Assembly (NCBI RefSeq): GCF_009601705.1
Contig: NZ_CP045687.1
Coordinates: forward strand, 95,527-127,526
Reading direction: 5' to 3'
Length of the DNA: 32,000 nucleotides
DNA from: Saccharolobus sp. E5-1-F
GTDB lineage: Archaea > Thermoproteota > Thermoprotei_A > Sulfolobales > Sulfolobaceae
Shown here: piece by piece, positions 30,845 through 32,000 of the stretch
How the letters are laid out: each line of letters begins with the position of its first letter
Numbering within the stretch: position 1 is the stretch's first letter
Notes under the pieces: model-generated
Databases searched by the model: none
The model's input: the letters and a program-made list of their open reading frames with translations, nothing else
What the model was told of the DNA's origin: nothing
Translations under genes and position numbers: made by a program

Positions 30845-31030
30845 CTAGCAACATGAGGATCCTGCTGCTTCCTTAAATCTAGCCTCGTATTTATCGGCAC
30901 AATGAGAACAACAGAAGTAATGCTCTTTGCCATTGATTTCTCTTACATATATTTCATTTTCAGATAGTTTAACTCCACAATTCTCACATTTCAACTCGTC
31001 TTGCTTTAGATTTAACCTTAGATTAACCAT
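30845..31030 (-). CDS. merH: TRASH-domain mercury metallochaperone
   Basis: C15-x2-C18-x21-C40-C41-x2-C44 (CENCGVKL...HYFCCSHCADKY) plus a C-terminal ...GSSCC. It lies 12 nt upstream of merA on the same strand, which matches the described S. solfataricus merH. Confidence 0.8.
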   Translation of the reverse strand: MVNLRLNLKQDELKCENCGVKLSENEIYVREINGKEHYFCCSHCADKYEARFKEAAGSSCC

Positions 31031-31079
31031 CTTATTCGCCTATTTATATTTCTGATTAGGTAATATATAAATATTTTCA

Positions 31080-31097
31080 TATGAACATATGTTCATA
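31080..31097. promoter_or_regulatory. Perfect 18-bp palindrome, candidate aMerR operator in the merR/merH divergent promoter region
   Basis: TATGAACAT|ATGTTCATA, with all 9 pairs verified. It is flanked by A/T boxes on both sides: TAATATATAAATATTTT (31061-31077) and AAAGACTTATTTCC (31099-31112). Confidence 0.55.
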
Positions 31098-31133
31098 GAA
31101 AGACTTATTTCCGCTTGTTGACATTATAAAAGT

Positions 31134-31481
31134 GTGGAACCTCTTACAAATGAATTAGAATCGTTATTCTCTGCATTAGCTGATGGGACGAGATTAAAAA
31201 TAGTGCTCTTTCTATTAGATAAAGGAGAAGCTACTGTCGATGAAATAAGCAAATCTTTAGGTAAATCGCAATCTTTAATATCTCATCATATGGCTTGTCT
31301 AAGAAATTGCGGAATAGTCAAGGTTAGAAGAGATGGTAAATTTTCATACTATTCAATATCAACACCTGAAATAATTGAGCTAATAAAACTATCTATAAAT
31401 CACGTCAGAAAATACAGCCAATCTATCTTATCTTGTGATGTTCTTGCAGAAGAAAAAGGTCAAGTTAAATTATCTCGTTAG
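31134..31481 (+). CDS. merR: ArsR/SmtB-type winged-helix metalloregulator (archaeal MerR)
   Basis: LFSALADGTRLKIVLFLLDKGEATVDEISKSLGKSQSLISHHMACLRNCGIV is a typical ArsR HTH. Cys55, Cys59 and Cys101 are available as thiolate ligands. It is divergent from merH. GTG start about 26 nt after an A/T box. Confidence 0.75.
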   Translation: MEPLTNELESLFSALADGTRLKIVLFLLDKGEATVDEISKSLGKSQSLISHHMACLRNCGIVKVRRDGKFSYYSISTPEIIELIKLSINHVRKYSQSILSCDVLAEEKGQVKLSR

Positions 31482-31716
31482 AGTACCATATCCGTTTGAG
31501 TTGGTTTGTCTCAACTGTGAAACAAGCTTCTTCTCCCTTTTCTTTGTGGATTAACTGGTGATTTAGAGCCTTAGAAACTGGTATTATCTGATTACATAGT
31601 TTACATCTCAACATGATTTCATCATATTCTGATGATGAAACTCGAGGCAAAAGTGGAAGAATATCTCCATTACCAATTATGGGCAATTTAGTGGGTATAA
31701 TCTTCTTACTACTCAT
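31465..31716 (-). CDS. Small C2H2-type zinc-finger protein
   Basis: RCKLCNQIIPVSKALNHQLIH = C-x2-C-x11-H-x3-H. 83 aa. Its 3' end overlaps merR by 17 nt. Confidence 0.55.
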   Translation of the reverse strand: MSSKKIIPTKLPIIGNGDILPLLPRVSSSEYDEIMLRCKLCNQIIPVSKALNHQLIHKEKGEEACFTVETNQLKRIWYSNEII

Positions 31717-31774
31717 AAATATATGTTTATGAAGAGATCAATAAAAACTTTATTCAATAATTACATGTTAAAAT

Positions 31775-31996
31775 CTAATCTCCACGTTTCCAGATCAATG
31801 CATTGTCACTTTTTCTCCTAATCATAAGTACCCTATGAAGAGGAATCACAATATCTTCATGTTTAAGATATAAATAATTGTTATCTATAGTATAAATCTC
31901 ACTAAACGAAATCTCCTTTAAACCGGTCTCAGTTAGTCTGTCTTTTATCAAAATGACATAATCATCTAAGTTTTCTTCATATTTCCATCTAACCAT
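31775..31996 (-). CDS. UPF0248/DUF504 (MJ1316-like) small protein
   Basis: 73 aa with the ...IPLHRVLMIRR...IWKR C-terminal block characteristic of DUF504, recalled from memory. Confidence 0.5.
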   Translation of the reverse strand: MVRWKYEENLDDYVILIKDRLTETGLKEISFSEIYTIDNNYLYLKHEDIVIPLHRVLMIRRKSDNALIWKRGD

Positions 31997-32000
31997 GTTT

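Overview
This is an AT-rich archaeal chromosomal segment, roughly one-third G+C by eye. Its gene content and signals look like a Sulfolobaceae (Saccharolobus/Sulfolobus-type) genome. First genes have A/T boxes about 25-30 nt upstream of the start, which suggests leaderless transcripts. Operon-internal genes, often with TTG starts, are preceded by GGTGA Shine-Dalgarno motifs. Packing is very tight. I can support about 36 protein genes. I recognise no rRNA, tRNA, CRISPR array or intact IS element. Contents from left to right: (1) a ureido/amino-compound cluster with two class-III aminotransferases, an APC permease, a metallophosphoesterase and an M20 carbamoyl-amidohydrolase; (2) a 530-bp gene-free gap with a G+C-rich core; (3) a transporter-rich accessory stretch with four MFS genes (one frameshifted), a Zn-ADH, an orphan ABC-permease fragment and an SMP-30 lactonase; (4) housekeeping-like genes including a PhoH-KH ATPase and a hexameric-type MTA/purine nucleoside phosphorylase; (5) a translationally coupled pair of a PqqC/heme-oxygenase-like protein and a TRASH-like Cys4 protein; (6) a thiolase-fold protein that contains no cysteine, coupled to a DUF35 protein; (7) M48 and S9 peptidases; (8) the archaeal mercury-resistance locus, merR divergent from merH-merA-merI, with a perfect palindrome in the divergent promoter region. 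Three genes (MFS, CBS, merI) are split by single-base frame changes near short homopolymer runs. All calls come from reading the sequence and translations by eye, with no database search, so family names are recognition-level hypotheses.
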